From an uncultured delta proteobacterium (lineage in GTDB: Bacteria > Myxococcota > Myxococcia > Myxococcales > Myxococcaceae): 64,000 nt of DNA. The position numbers and the translations under genes are program-made. This document shows, in pieces, positions 30,231 to 40,864 of this stretch (the stretch's first letter is position 1; every line of letters starts with the position of its first letter). The notes below the pieces were generated by a model. The model saw only the letters and a list, made by a program, of their open reading frames with translations, had not been told where the DNA came from and did no database searches. The DNA is taken from NCBI GenBank assembly GCA_963796055.1, contig CAWCKH010000006.1, positions 96,001 through 160,000 of the forward strand, given 5' to 3'.

Positions 30231-31195
30231 GTCACGCCTCCTTCGAGCGCGCGGGTGCACGCCCGTTCCTCGATGAACCCGGCGATGTCCTTCCAGGCCC
30301 GGCGGCTCTCGGCGAGCCAGGGCAAGGTCAGCGGCCAGTCGTGCTGCATCTCCTCGCCCACCAGGAGCCGGGCGTCGGTCCCGCTGACCTGGGCGCGCGC
30401 CACCAGCCGGCGCGTCTCCTCGGCGAGCAGCTCGTGCTCTCCCACCAGCACCAGCAGCGGCGGCAGCTCGGACAGATCGGCGAGGGCCGGCGACACCAGC
30501 GGGTCCCGGGCATCGGCCTGGCCGACGTAGTACCGAGCCCAGCGGCTCAGGTGCTCGTGGCTCAGCCACAGGTCGCGATGAGGGCCGATCGCCGGCGAGT
30601 CGGCGAGGTTGGCCCAAGGCGACAGCAGGACCGCGCCCCGGGGGCCGGATTCACCCAGCGCCCGCAGGCGGATCATCAGGCTGAGCGCCAGGCCACCTCC
30701 GGCGGAGTCACCGGCAACGAACGCTGGTCGGCCGCCGCGGAGCGTGGTCAGGAAGCGCCAGGCGGCGACCGCGTCCTCGAGCGCGGCGGGAAACGCATGC
30801 TCCGGCGCCAGGCGGTAGTCGGGAACGAGCACCTCGGCGTCACACCGGTAGCTGAGGCGAACCGCCCGGCTTCGGTACGAGGCAGGCGAGCCCATCACGT
30901 ATGCCCCGCCGTGCAGATAGAGGATCGTGCGGCCGGGTCGCCGCGTCGCCCGCACGCTCTCGATGGCCAGCTGGTCCACCCGATGGTCGGCGAAAACCAC
31001 CGACGGATGCCGCTGCAGCATCTCGGCCCGGGAGGTCCGACCGAAGCGCTCGAACCGGCGACGCATCGTGCCCGGCGGCGTGGTGGCGCAAAACAGCGTG
31101 CGGGTCACCACTCCGTAGGCCCGGAGCGACAGCCAGCGGGTGATTCGATCGGCGGTCCTCGATCGCTGAACCGATCCACGTGCGCCGTGGTGCAT
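30227..31195 (-). CDS. Alpha/beta hydrolase (HSL/family IV esterase)
   Basis: LHGGAY, DYRLAPEH, GDSAGG, MQHDW. Confidence 0.88.
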   Translation of the reverse strand: MHHGARGSVQRSRTADRITRWLSLRAYGVVTRTLFCATTPPGTMRRRFERFGRTSRAEMLQRHPSVVFADHRVDQLAIESVRATRRPGRTILYLHGGAYVMGSPASYRSRAVRLSYRCDAEVLVPDYRLAPEHAFPAALEDAVAAWRFLTTLRGGRPAFVAGDSAGGGLALSLMIRLRALGESGPRGAVLLSPWANLADSPAIGPHRDLWLSHEHLSRWARYYVGQADARDPLVSPALADLSELPPLLVLVGEHELLAEETRRLVARAQVSGTDARLLVGEEMQHDWPLTLPWLAESRRAWKDIAGFIEERACTRALEGGVT

Positions 31196-31247
31196 GTCGG
31201 CACCCTACGGAGCGGAGGGCAGTCGAAGCTTTTGGGAAGCCTGACGG

Positions 31248-31960
31248 TTAGCTGAGGCTTTCCTGAGCGAGGAACGCCTCGACCTCGGCCACGAGCCGGA
31301 GCCAGGCCGGCTCACCCGGCAGCAGCACGTGGTTGCGGCTGTGGAGCACCAGGGTCGGCACCCGGACCTTCGGCAGTTCGGGGCGGACGTCGACGTCACC
31401 CAGCGCCGAGAGGAGGCGGGGGGTTCCAGTCCGAGAGGCCGTTGCCGCGGGCGTCGTACCGCACCAGGGTGCGACCGCGCCCGAGGAGGGCCAGCCAGTG
31501 CCGCCAGACCTCGAACTGCCAGTCCAGCTCCAGGTGACTGAGCCAGTTGGCCGCCTTGACCAGCGGGGGGCCGTCCCCGAGCTTCGCGTATGCCAGGCGT
31601 GCACCGTCGGGAGCCTTGCAGAAGTACACCCGCTGCCGGGGGGACGCGGCTGGCGAGGCCGCTGCACCGTTGGGGTGCGCGACGTCGGTGATGAGGCGGT
31701 ACCCCTGGCCGCGAACGGTCTGGAGCTCCACCCCAGATGCCCCCTCGAGCACGCGCCGCACCAGCGAGACGTTCACCTGGAGGTTGTTGGGTTCGACGAC
31801 GGTGTCCGGCCACAGCCGGTCGATGAGGTCCTGCTGGCGCTGCAAGGTCCCCGCCCCCTCGACGAGCAGGACCAGGGTGTCGAAGGCCTTCCCGGAGAGG
31901 GCACGACGGAGCCGTCGCGCAGGAGCCTTCGTTCGTGCGCCTCGAGGAGCGTAGAACGGG
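31248..31960 (-). pseudogene. Decayed wHTH (OmpR/CadC-type) + alpha/beta-hydrolase transcriptional regulator
   Basis: LEAHERRLLRDG / frameshift / KAFDTLVLLVE...LWPDTVVEPNNLQVNVSLVRR...YDARGNGLSD / frameshift and deletion / DVRPELPKVRVPTLVLHSRNHVLL. The central GxSxG region is missing. Confidence 0.75.
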
Positions 31961-32032
31961 GATTCGGACGGGCCGGGGGGTGACCGCTCCGGGCGACCGT
32001 TTCGGTATGTGGAAGTCGGCGGACGGTACCGG

Positions 32033-32833
32033 CTATAGGTCGCGCGGTCGTCGCCTGCGCAGCGCTCGCAGGACGAGGGCCCGGGCATGGGAGACGGCTC
32101 GCTCCGGCGCGGTGCGCGCCCCGAGCTCCGTCGCCAGCGCCGAGGCGAACCGGCAGCCCGTGCCGCGCTGCTCAGGCCCGCGCGGCAGACGCCGCGAACG
32201 GAAGACGCGCGCCCTCCCCTTCCAGGCGAGGCTGTCCACCACCGTGGAGCCCGCGAGGTGTCCGCCCTTCACCACCACACCCGCGAACCCGAGCGCTTCC
32301 AGCAGCTCCGCGGCCCGGCGCGCCTCGCGGGCCTCCTCCAGGCGGTCCAGCCCGAGGAGCCAGGCGGCTTCGAGTGCGTTCGGCGTGAGCCAGACGCCGG
32401 GTCCCGCAAGAGACAGGTAGTCGCGCCGCCCCAGGCCGGAGAGGCGCCCGCCCGACGAGGCCCGGACGACGGGGTCGACCACCCACGGCACCTGCGTTCC
32501 GCGCAGCGCCTGCCGGACCGCTCGCAGCTGGCCCCGACCAGGGAGCATCCCGAGCTTCACCGCATCGATGGGCCCGAGCTCCCGGAGGGCACGGATCTGC
32601 GCCGAGACCAAAGCGGGCCCGACCGACTCCCAGGCGAAGGTCGCCCTCCCCTGTGCGGTGACCGCCGCCACGACGGCCAGCGGCACCCCCCCGCGCGCCC
32701 GGACTGCCTCGGCGTCCGCGAGCAGCCCCGCCTGGCCCGAGGGCTCCAGTCCTCCTACCAGAAGGACCCGTGGACCCCGGGAGCGGCGCAGGGACGCCGC
32801 CTGTCCATGCTCACCTGCGCGTGTCACGCGCAC
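32033..32833 (-). CDS. thiD: Hydroxymethylpyrimidine/phosphomethylpyrimidine kinase
   Basis: GLEPSGQAGLLAD, VKLGML, VVDPV, TPNALEA, VKGGH, RGTGCRFAS; start uncertain. Confidence 0.85.
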   Translation of the reverse strand: MRVTRAGEHGQAASLRRSRGPRVLLVGGLEPSGQAGLLADAEAVRARGGVPLAVVAAVTAQGRATFAWESVGPALVSAQIRALRELGPIDAVKLGMLPGRGQLRAVRQALRGTQVPWVVDPVVRASSGGRLSGLGRRDYLSLAGPGVWLTPNALEAAWLLGLDRLEEAREARRAAELLEALGFAGVVVKGGHLAGSTVVDSLAWKGRARVFRSRRLPRGPEQRGTGCRFASALATELGARTAPERAVSHARALVLRALRRRRPRDL

Positions 32834-33566
32834 GGGTGACCAGCCCGCGATAGACGCCGAGCTGCAGGGGCATCGACTGGAGGAGCAGCTCCGGGTGCCA
32901 CTGCACTCCCACCGCGAAGGTGCCGTTGCTCGACTCGATGCCCTCCACCACCCCGTCCGGCGCCACCGCGCTCGCCACCAGCCCCTCGCCCAGCCGGGAC
33001 ACCGCCTGGTGGTGGGTGGAGTTCACCATCAGCTGCCCGCGCCCGACGAGCTCCGCCAGCAGCGTCCCCTCCCGCACCTCAACAGGGTGGGACGGCTGGC
33101 CCCGGTCGTGCGCCTGCTCGTGGTTGCGTGCTTCCGGGAGGTCACGCTGGATGTCCTGGAACAGGGTTCCACCCAGCACCACGTTCAGCAGCTGCATCCC
33201 GCCGCAGACGCCCAGGACGGGCAGATTCCGCCGGAGCGCCGCCTGGAGCAGCGCCGTCTCGAAGCGGGTGCGGGCCGGCTTGAGCGTTCCCAGCCCCTCT
33301 CGCCCGGCCTCGCCGTACGCCTCGGGTGGCACGTCGAAGGCTCCCCCGGTCACCACCAGGCCCGAGATCCGATCCAGGAAGGCGTCGATCATCCCCGGGT
33401 CGGTCGCCAGCGGGAGCACCATCGGGAGCCCCCCTGCACGGAACACCGCCTCGGCGTAGGGGGATTTCAGCACGTAGCGCGAGGGGGTCTCGCCGCCGGC
33501 GGTGTCCTCGACGTCCGGGGTCAAACCGATGGTGGGGCGGCGCGGGACGTGTCCGTGGGGCTTCAC
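32811..33566 (-). CDS. Class I glutamine amidotransferase, peptidase C26 (PuuD-like)
   Basis: TGGAFDVPP..YG, LGVCGGMQ, VNSTHHQAV, GVQWHPE. Confidence 0.9.
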   Translation of the reverse strand: MKPHGHVPRRPTIGLTPDVEDTAGGETPSRYVLKSPYAEAVFRAGGLPMVLPLATDPGMIDAFLDRISGLVVTGGAFDVPPEAYGEAGREGLGTLKPARTRFETALLQAALRRNLPVLGVCGGMQLLNVVLGGTLFQDIQRDLPEARNHEQAHDRGQPSHPVEVREGTLLAELVGRGQLMVNSTHHQAVSRLGEGLVASAVAPDGVVEGIESSNGTFAVGVQWHPELLLQSMPLQLGVYRGLVTRARDTRR

Positions 33567-33567
33567 G

Positions 33568-34215
33568 CTAGCCTCCAGTCTCGCCCAGAAGGAACCCACG
33601 TTGCAGCGCCTCCACCCGGGAGGCCGGATCTCCCCCTGCCCAGAGGTCCGAGAGCACCGCCGCCCCATGGACCCCCGTCCGGGCCACCTGGGTGATGCTG
33701 TGCAGGGCGATGCCGCCGATGGCGATGACCGGGAGCGGGCTGTCCGCCACCTCCCGTCGGAGCCGCTCGAGCCCGAGCGCCGGCGCGGGAACCTCCTTGG
33801 TCCGCGTCGCGAACACCGGCCCCAGCCCCACGTAGCTCGCTCCCGCCGCCGCGGCCTCGCGGGCGCCGGCGGCGCTCCGGACGGTCACTCCCACCAGCCG
33901 GCCGAGGCCGAGCAGTCGCCTCGCCTCCGCCGGAGGCAGGTCCTCGTCGCCGAGGTGGACCCCGTCAGCCCCCGAGAGCAATGCCCAGTCCACCCGGTCG
34001 TTCACCAGGGCCACCACCCCGGAGCGCCGGAGCTCGGCCACCGCCTCGCGCACCGTCTCCCAGGCTGCGCGTCCCATCGACTGCTTGCACCGCACCTGCG
34101 CCACGCGCACTCCCGCCCGCGCCAGTAGCCCGGCCTGCTCGGCGAGTGTCAGATCCGGACGCACGCCGTCGTCCACGACCGCGTAAAGCCCTCTCGGCAG
34201 GGTGATTGGGCCCAG
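33568..34215 (-). CDS. thiE: Thiamine-phosphate synthase
   Basis: VNDRVD, GVHLGDED, GPVFATRTK, AIGGI. The conserved GLYAV N-terminus extends upstream of 34176 to an in-frame CTG at 34215. Confidence 0.9.
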   Translation of the reverse strand: MGPITLPRGLYAVVDDGVRPDLTLAEQAGLLARAGVRVAQVRCKQSMGRAAWETVREAVAELRRSGVVALVNDRVDWALLSGADGVHLGDEDLPPAEARRLLGLGRLVGVTVRSAAGAREAAAAGASYVGLGPVFATRTKEVPAPALGLERLRREVADSPLPVIAIGGIALHSITQVARTGVHGAAVLSDLWAGGDPASRVEALQRGFLLGETGG

Positions 34216-34281
34216 GGATCTTCCTCCTCCGGCAGAGACGGTTGTTGACGAGCGGAGGGGGCCCCGTCAAATTCGCCCGCC

Positions 34282-34476
34282 ATGGCCGAGCCGCTCGACC
34301 CGAAGAACATCGACAAGCGCACCGCAGCCCGCTACCTGTCCCAGGGAGAAGTCGACGAGAAGGCCTGGGACCGGTATCTCAAATCGCTTCCGGACGTCTC
34401 GGAGAAGGCCGCCCAGGTGGAGACGGTCATGGCCGACACCGACGACTTCCTGGACGACGAGATCGACGTGGAGTGA
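34282..34476 (+). CDS. Small acidic hypothetical protein
   Basis: 64 aa, DKRTAARYL..GEV...YLKSLPD; typical GC3 bias. Confidence 0.7.
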   Translation: MAEPLDPKNIDKRTAARYLSQGEVDEKAWDRYLKSLPDVSEKAAQVETVMADTDDFLDDEIDVE

Positions 34477-34480
34477 TGAC

Positions 34481-34783
34481 GTGGTTCCGGCCGACGAGCG
34501 CGCACGCGGGGAGACGTTCGTGCTCGAACGTGCCGGCAAGGCCATCGACTTCACCACCGTGCTGCTCGGGTTCGCCTCGTCGGCGCTCATCCACATGGGC
34601 GTCCAGGCGAACCCCGAGTCCGGCACGGTGAGCCAGGACGCGGAGCTGGCCCGAGAGGTGCTCGACCTGCTCGCTCTGCTGCGGGAAAAGACCCGGGGCA
34701 ATCTCACCCCCGAGGAGGAGCGGTTCTTCGATTCGCTCCTCACCGATCTCCGACTGAAGTTCGTCGAGGCGTTCCCCCGTTGA
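34481..34783 (+). CDS. DUF1844 domain protein
   Basis: IDFTTVLLGFASSALIHMG...LDLLALLREKTRGNLTPEE...DLRLKFV. Confidence 0.85.
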   Translation: MVPADERARGETFVLERAGKAIDFTTVLLGFASSALIHMGVQANPESGTVSQDAELAREVLDLLALLREKTRGNLTPEEERFFDSLLTDLRLKFVEAFPR

Positions 34784-35385
34784 CTGCACCGCCGTCCGCG
34801 GTCGGCTCGCAGGCGCGGGCCGTGGCGATCGTCTGCATGCTGGTGTCCGGCATCTCCGGGGCGACCTCGGTGAGTGAGACCTTCGCCCTGTCCGACCGCT
34901 GGAGCGCGCGCACCGAGGCGCTGCCCCGCGGCACCCCGGCCGCCGACCTGGTCGCCAGGCTGGCCGAGGCCAATGCCCGCGCGATGGAGCCGGACCGCCA
35001 CGCACGGGCGGCGCTGCTCATCGTCCTCGCCATCTCACTGTTCTTCACCTTCGTCTCTGCGGGCCGGGTGCTGCGGCCGGCGGGCCTGCCGCGCGAGGGC
35101 ATCCGGCGGCTGCTCTGCGGGGCGGCGGTGGTCTCGGCGGTGCTCCGGACGGTGGACGGCGCCGCGGACGCCGCCTTCGCGCTCCGCTTCGGTCGCCTCG
35201 CCGCGCAGCTCGTCCCCCCGGGCGAAGGCGTCCCGACCACCTGGAACCTCGCTCCGACGTTCACCGTTGGCGCCTCGGTGCTCCGCACCGTGCTCGTGGC
35301 CGGGACGCTGGCCATCATCGCCCAGTACTTCCGCTCCACCCGGGTGAAGGCCTGGGCGGCGCCACAGGACGAGACCCCGAGGTAA
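34780..35385 (+). CDS. Hypothetical membrane protein
   Basis: About four hydrophobic segments; TTGA overlap with the upstream stop. Confidence 0.6.
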   Translation: MTAPPSAVGSQARAVAIVCMLVSGISGATSVSETFALSDRWSARTEALPRGTPAADLVARLAEANARAMEPDRHARAALLIVLAISLFFTFVSAGRVLRPAGLPREGIRRLLCGAAVVSAVLRTVDGAADAAFALRFGRLAAQLVPPGEGVPTTWNLAPTFTVGASVLRTVLVAGTLAIIAQYFRSTRVKAWAAPQDETPR

Positions 35386-35417
35386 CGGGTTCTCGCAGGA
35401 CGGAGGACGTCGGACCG

Positions 35418-35969
35418 ATGCGGGCGCAGGTGGACGAAGCGGCGCTGCGGGCGGTCATCACCTACAAGTGGGTGAAGGGCGTGGTCCAGCTCGTCCTCGC
35501 CACCGCGCTGGCCATCGCCGTGGCCATGGGACTGGGTGACGAGCTGGCCGAGTGGGCCCACGCCTTCCGGAACCACTCGACCCGAGCCTACGCCGTCGTG
35601 CTCGGGCGTGTCCTCGAGCGGGCCACGACGCCACGCGGGCTGCATGTCACCCTGCTCGCGCTCTTCGTCGACGGCACGGTCACCTGCGTGGAGGGGTGGG
35701 CGCTGCAGCGGCGACAGCCCTGGGGGGCGTGGCTGGTGGTGGCCGTGACCGGGTCGCTTCTGCCGTTCGAGGTGTACGAGCTGTTCCACCACTTTCGGTG
35801 GATTCGACTGCTGGTGCTGCTGATCAACGCCGCGGTGGTCGCGTTCCTGGTGGTCCACGCCCGCGCCCAGGCCCGCGGGCTCCAGGCCGACGGCCGCTCC
35901 ACGGCGCGAGAGAGCCCTGGCTCGCGCGAGGGCAGCGAGGGCCGCGACGCGGCGCGCCCCCGGGCGTGA
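35418..35969 (+). CDS. DUF2127 membrane protein
   Basis: LRAVITYKWVKG, VEGWAL, LPFEVYEL, INAAVV. Confidence 0.8.
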   Translation: MRAQVDEAALRAVITYKWVKGVVQLVLATALAIAVAMGLGDELAEWAHAFRNHSTRAYAVVLGRVLERATTPRGLHVTLLALFVDGTVTCVEGWALQRRQPWGAWLVVAVTGSLLPFEVYELFHHFRWIRLLVLLINAAVVAFLVVHARAQARGLQADGRSTARESPGSREGSEGRDAARPRA

Positions 35970-35990
35970 TGGTTCCCGCCGGGGCGCGGC

Positions 35991-36557
35991 TCAGCCGCGG
36001 GGGTCGGCCGGGTGCTCCGGGAAGAGCGGCTCGAGCGCCGGGGGCGCATCCCCGTCGAGCGCCAGGAGCACGCTTCGGGCATACGGCAGCCGGAGGAGCT
36101 CCGGGCGGGTCAGCCCCAGCAGCCGGCCCAGGTGCCCCATGGGCCAGCGCTCGCGGAGCTTGTCGAACGCCTCCTCGGTGAGCGCGTCGTCCTCGAGCTC
36201 CTCCTCCTCGTAGACCAGGGTCTCGCCACCGACCCGGTGACCCCCACCGTAGGACACCACCTGCTCGAGCGCGTCGGGGTCGAACACGTAGGCGTGCACC
36301 GTCACCCCGAACGCGGTCGACAGCCGGGCCGCGAGCGCGTGGTGTTCACCGTACCACTGTGCGCCGCGGCGGCCATAGGTGAACGGGCCGTCGTAGGCGA
36401 AGCGGACGACCTTTCTCACCACCGAGACCAGGAGCCCGGCGCCCTCCGCGGGCTGCCCATCGGCCTCCAGCGATTCGCGAGCCAGGCGGGGAAGCTCCCC
36501 ACCCTCCAGCGACTCCAGGCGGCATAAGTATCCGCCGTGCGCCTCGGACCGCGGCAT
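35991..36557 (-). CDS. Hypothetical protein
   Basis: Protein-like ORF ([19 protein letters not shown]...WPMGHLG); start uncertain. Confidence 0.6.
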   Translation of the reverse strand: MPRSEAHGGYLCRLESLEGGELPRLARESLEADGQPAEGAGLLVSVVRKVVRFAYDGPFTYGRRGAQWYGEHHALAARLSTAFGVTVHAYVFDPDALEQVVSYGGGHRVGGETLVYEEEELEDDALTEEAFDKLRERWPMGHLGRLLGLTRPELLRLPYARSVLLALDGDAPPALEPLFPEHPADPRG

Positions 36558-36621
36558 TCCGGGGGCTTGTACTGCTCCCGGTCTCGCTTGCCAACTTCGT
36601 GCCCGGACTTACGGTACGCCC

Positions 36622-39219
36622 ATGCGTATCGAACAGTTCACCCTGAAGGCCCAGGAGGCGCTCCAGGGCGCCCAGACCCTCGCCCGGAGGATGGGCTCGC
36701 CGGAGGTCGAGCCCGAGCATCTGGCCAAGGCGCTCCTCACCCAGGAGCAAGGGGTGACCGAGGCACTTCTCCAGCGCATCGGGACCGATCCCGGGCTGAT
36801 CCAGGGCCGCGTGGACGAGGCGCTGGAGCGCCTTCCGCGGATCCAGGGCGGCGACGGCTCGCGGCTCAGCCAGCGCCTCCTCCGGGACCTCGACAAGGCC
36901 GAGGACGAGGCCAAGCAGCTGAAGGATGAATACGTCTCCAGCGAGCATCTGCTCCTCGCCCTGGCCCAGGACAAGGGCGCGATCGGCGAGGCGCTCAAGT
37001 CATCGGGGGTGACCCGGGACCGGATCCTCACGGTGCTCAAGGAGATCCGCGGGGGCAAGCGGGTCACCAGCCCGGAGGCGGAGGACACCTACCAGGCGCT
37101 GGAGAAGTACGGGCGGGACCTCACCGCCGCGGCCCGGGCTGGCAAGCTCGACCCGGTCATCGGCCGGGACGAGGAGATCCGCCGGGTGATCCAGGTGCTG
37201 AGCCGCCGCACCAAGAACAACCCGGTGCTCATCGGTGACCCCGGCGTGGGGAAGACCGCCATCGTGGAGGGCCTGGCCCGCCGCATCGTCGACGGCGACG
37301 TCCCCGAGGGTCTGAAGGACAAGCGGCTGATCGCGCTCGACCTCGGCGCGATGGTGGCCGGCGCCAAGTACCGCGGCGAGTTCGAGGAGCGGCTGAAGGC
37401 GGTGCTCCAGGAGGTCTCCGCGGCCGAGGGTCAGGTCATTCTCTTCATCGACGAGCTCCACACCCTGGTGGGTGCCGGCAAGGCCGAGGGGGCGATGGAC
37501 GCCGGCAACATGCTCAAGCCGGCGCTGGCCCGGGGCGAGCTGCACTGCATCGGGGCCACCACCATCGACGAGTACCGGAAGCACATCGAGAAGGACGCCG
37601 CGCTGGAACGGCGGTTCCAGCCGGTGATGGTGGGCGAGCCGAGCGTGGAGGACACCATCAGCATCCTCCGGGGCCTCAAAGAAAGGTACGAGGTCCACCA
37701 CGGGGTGAGGATCCAGGACTCGGCGCTGGTGGCCGCGGCCACCCTCAGCCACCGCTACATCGCGGACCGGTTCCTCCCCGACAAGGCCATCGACCTGATC
37801 GACGAGGCGGCGAGCAAGCTGCGGATCGAGATCGACTCCATGCCCCAGGAGATCGACGACGTCCGCCGGCGCATCACCCAGCTGGAGATCGAGCGCGAGG
37901 GACTGAAGAAGGAGAGCGACCCCAATTCCCGCGAACGGCTGTCGGAGATCGAGAAGGAGCTGGCCGATCTCAACGAGCAGTTCAGTCAGATGAAGGCGCA
38001 CTGGGACGCGGAGAAGTCGGCCATCCAGAAGATCCGCTCGGTCAAGGAGCGGATCGAGAAGGCCAGGGCCGACCAGGCCACCGCCGAGCGCCAAGGCGAC
38101 CTGAACAAGGCCGCGGAGATCAAGTTCGGCATCCTCCCCAGCCTCCAGAAGGAGCTCGAGCAGCTGAATGCCCGGTTGAACGAGCTGCAGAAGAAGCAGC
38201 GCTTCCTCAAGGAGGAGGTGGACGCCGAGGACATCGCCGAGGTGGTGGCCAAGTGGACCGGCATCCCGGTCTCCCGGCTGATGGAGGGCGAGGTCCAGAA
38301 GCTGGTGCACATGGAGGAGCGGCTGGAGCAGCGGGTCATCGGCCAGCGCCAGGCGATCGAGGCGGTGAGCAACGCCATCCGCCGGGCCAGGAGCGGGCTG
38401 CAGGATCCCAACCGGCCGATCGGCTCGTTCATCTTCCTCGGCCCCACCGGGGTGGGAAAGACCGAGACCGCCAAGGCGCTGGCCGAGTTCCTCTTCGACG
38501 ACGAGAACGCCCTCATCCGCATCGACATGTCCGAGTACATGGAGAAGCATGCGGTGGCGCGGCTCATCGGCGCCCCTCCGGGCTACGTGGGCTACGAGGA
38601 GGGCGGCCAGCTCTCCGAGGCGGTGCGCCGCCGGCCTTACTCGGTGGTGCTGTTCGACGAGATCGAGAAGGCGCACAGCGACGTGTTCAACGTGCTCCTC
38701 CAGATCCTCGACGACGGCCGCCTGACCGACAGCCAGGGCCGGACCGTGGACTTCAAGAACACCGTGCTGATCATGACCTCCAACCTCGGAAGCCAGCTTC
38801 TTCTGCTGGACATGGAGGCCAAGGAGACCATCGACGACGTGACCCGGGCCCGGGTGATGGATGCGCTCCGACAGCACTTCCGGCCCGAGTTCCTGAACCG
38901 CGTCGACGAGATCGTCATCTTCGAGCCGCTCCGCCGCGAGGAGATCGGCCGCATCGTCGAGATCCAGCTCGCCCGCCTCAAGAAGCTGCTCGAGGCCCGG
39001 CGGCTCACCTTGCAGCTCACCCCGGCGGCGGTGGCCTTCCTCGGCGAGCACGGATACGACCCGGTGTACGGCGCCCGGCCGCTGAAGCGCGCCATCCAGA
39101 AGTACCTGCAGGACCCGCTGGCCTTGAAGGTCCTCTCCGGCGAGTACGTCGCCGGCGACACCGTCCTGGTGGACGCCGGAAAGGGCGCGCTTCGCTTCAG
39201 CAAGCCCGGGAGCGCGTAG
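36622..39219 (+). CDS. clpB: ATP-dependent chaperone ClpB
   Basis: Two AAA modules ([16 protein letters not shown]) with a coiled-coil middle domain; GARPLKR. Confidence 0.98.
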   Translation: MRIEQFTLKAQEALQGAQTLARRMGSPEVEPEHLAKALLTQEQGVTEALLQRIGTDPGLIQGRVDEALERLPRIQGGDGSRLSQRLLRDLDKAEDEAKQLKDEYVSSEHLLLALAQDKGAIGEALKSSGVTRDRILTVLKEIRGGKRVTSPEAEDTYQALEKYGRDLTAAARAGKLDPVIGRDEEIRRVIQVLSRRTKNNPVLIGDPGVGKTAIVEGLARRIVDGDVPEGLKDKRLIALDLGAMVAGAKYRGEFEERLKAVLQEVSAAEGQVILFIDELHTLVGAGKAEGAMDAGNMLKPALARGELHCIGATTIDEYRKHIEKDAALERRFQPVMVGEPSVEDTISILRGLKERYEVHHGVRIQDSALVAAATLSHRYIADRFLPDKAIDLIDEAASKLRIEIDSMPQEIDDVRRRITQLEIEREGLKKESDPNSRERLSEIEKELADLNEQFSQMKAHWDAEKSAIQKIRSVKERIEKARADQATAERQGDLNKAAEIKFGILPSLQKELEQLNARLNELQKKQRFLKEEVDAEDIAEVVAKWTGIPVSRLMEGEVQKLVHMEERLEQRVIGQRQAIEAVSNAIRRARSGLQDPNRPIGSFIFLGPTGVGKTETAKALAEFLFDDENALIRIDMSEYMEKHAVARLIGAPPGYVGYEEGGQLSEAVRRRPYSVVLFDEIEKAHSDVFNVLLQILDDGRLTDSQGRTVDFKNTVLIMTSNLGSQLLLLDMEAKETIDDVTRARVMDALRQHFRPEFLNRVDEIVIFEPLRREEIGRIVEIQLARLKKLLEARRLTLQLTPAAVAFLGEHGYDPVYGARPLKRAIQKYLQDPLALKVLSGEYVAGDTVLVDAGKGALRFSKPGSA

Positions 39220-39222
39220 GCC

Positions 39223-40173
39223 TCACAGGCCCAGGCATTGCTCCAGCGGCGGGACACGGTGCCCGGTCGGAACTCGCACCGGCGTCCCCCCGTCGAGGGT
39301 CACCAGGTAGGTGCCCGACTCGTTGCCCCCGTGGAGGATGACCTCCCGGTAGTCCACCCGGCCCAGCAGCGGCGGCAGCCCCTCGCGCTCGATGCGGAAG
39401 TTGAGCACGCCGGAGAGGGCGCCATCGCCGCTTCCGTTGGTGCTGGAGACCTGCTCCCCGTCGAGCACCACGCCCTCGAAGTCGGCGTAGTTGGCGAAGC
39501 GATTGGTGGTGACCGGGCTGAAGAGGTTGACCAGCCCCACGGTGAGAGTTCCGGAGAGAATGCCGGCGAAGGGTTCCTCCCGGTTGAGGTACTGGATGAG
39601 CCCGGCGCTGTTGAACCCGGGCACCCGGGCCTCCGACGACTCCACCGCCAGGTTGGCGATGAAGAAGGCGCAGGCGGCGGAGGTGTCGTCGGTGCCGCTG
39701 ATGTGCGCCGTCCGGCCGAGGAGCGTCTCGTAGTGGGCGGCCACCTCGGCGGACCCGGAGAGGACCAGCGTGTCACCGCTGAACGCCTCGATCCTGGCCT
39801 CGCTCACCCCGGGAGGCGAGAGCTGATGCCGGGTGGCCCCTCTGCGCGAGGACACGGGGAGCGAGGCCTCGTCCGGCAAGGTGAAGAGGACGGTGCTGGT
39901 GAAGGCGACGTCCGGGTCCGTCCCGGACCAGGAGCCCTGCAGCGTCTCCACCGCCCGCGGCTGGTGCTCGTCGATGCGGGTGAACGGCGCTGGACCACCG
40001 TCGCGCGAGGCGAGGATCAGGATCCGCGCCGCGCCGGCGTCCACCGAGATGTACGAGGTCCCGTTGACCTGGGACCCGACGTCCAGCCGCGCTCCGAGGT
40101 CCGGGTACGGGCCGAGGCACGCCGCCGTTCCGGCCGCGACGAGCGCCGCCGCGCAGATCGCGCTTCCCCTCAT
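39223..40173 (-). CDS. Putative lipoprotein
   Basis: MRGSAICAAALVAAGTAAC lipobox; ATGA overlap with the upstream gene. Confidence 0.7.
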   Translation of the reverse strand: MRGSAICAAALVAAGTAACLGPYPDLGARLDVGSQVNGTSYISVDAGAARILILASRDGGPAPFTRIDEHQPRAVETLQGSWSGTDPDVAFTSTVLFTLPDEASLPVSSRRGATRHQLSPPGVSEARIEAFSGDTLVLSGSAEVAAHYETLLGRTAHISGTDDTSAACAFFIANLAVESSEARVPGFNSAGLIQYLNREEPFAGILSGTLTVGLVNLFSPVTTNRFANYADFEGVVLDGEQVSSTNGSGDGALSGVLNFRIEREGLPPLLGRVDYREVILHGGNESGTYLVTLDGGTPVRVPTGHRVPPLEQCLGL

Positions 40174-40835
40174 GGGAGGTCCACCCCCACCACCGCGCCG
40201 AACCGGGTGACAACTCCCAGCTTCAGGTCGTTGCTCCGGAGCGGATCGTAGACGTCCAGCGCCAGCGCGCCGACCACTCCGACGCTCCAGCCCACCGAGG
40301 CCGGCTTCCACCTGGGACGCCAGCGGAAGACCCCCATCCCCCCGAGCCCGAGCTGGAGGGCGTTGAAGTTGGTGAGTCCCGGCAGGCCGCCGAGGTTGAG
40401 AGCGTTGAAGTGGAAACCGGGGCCGCTCTCCAGCTCCATCGCCTCGCTCAGCGTGAAGCGCCACTGCCAGCCGAGGAGCGCGTCGATGCCGCCGCTGTTC
40501 TGGTAAAGGCTGGAGATGGCATTCACCCGACCGTCCTGTCGCGCCTGGAGCGGAATGACCCAGCTGAGATGGACGAACGGCCCGGAGGCGTTCACCGACA
40601 TCAGGTAGCCGACCGAGAGCGAGTGGAAGGTGTAATGGCTGTCCTCCCGGCTCGAGAAGGTCGCCATGTGCCACGCGGGCGAGAACGCGTGCCGCCACCC
40701 GGCGCGCGGGTCTGCGGTGCTGGAGGCGGGAGCGGCCTCCTCGGCCGGCTGGGCGGTGGCGAGGGCGGAGAAGAGCAGCGCACCCCAGAGGGCGCTCCAG
40801 GACGCGACCACGGCCCACGGCTGCGCAGGGCGCAT
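40170..40835 (-). CDS. Putative small outer-membrane beta-barrel protein
   Basis: Signal peptide followed by amphipathic aromatic/Gly-rich strands. Confidence 0.6.
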   Translation of the reverse strand: MRPAQPWAVVASWSALWGALLFSALATAQPAEEAAPASSTADPRAGWRHAFSPAWHMATFSSREDSHYTFHSLSVGYLMSVNASGPFVHLSWVIPLQARQDGRVNAISSLYQNSGGIDALLGWQWRFTLSEAMELESGPGFHFNALNLGGLPGLTNFNALQLGLGGMGVFRWRPRWKPASVGWSVGVVGALALDVYDPLRSNDLKLGVVTRFGAVVGVDLP

Positions 40836-40864
40836 TGGGACTCCCCTCCCTGGAGGAGAATACG

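Noticed and set aside
32755..32833. Frameshift at the thiD 5' end (out-of-frame ATG at 32808)
   Set aside because: An in-frame GTG exists at 32833, so a frameshift is not required; cannot be decided without orthologs
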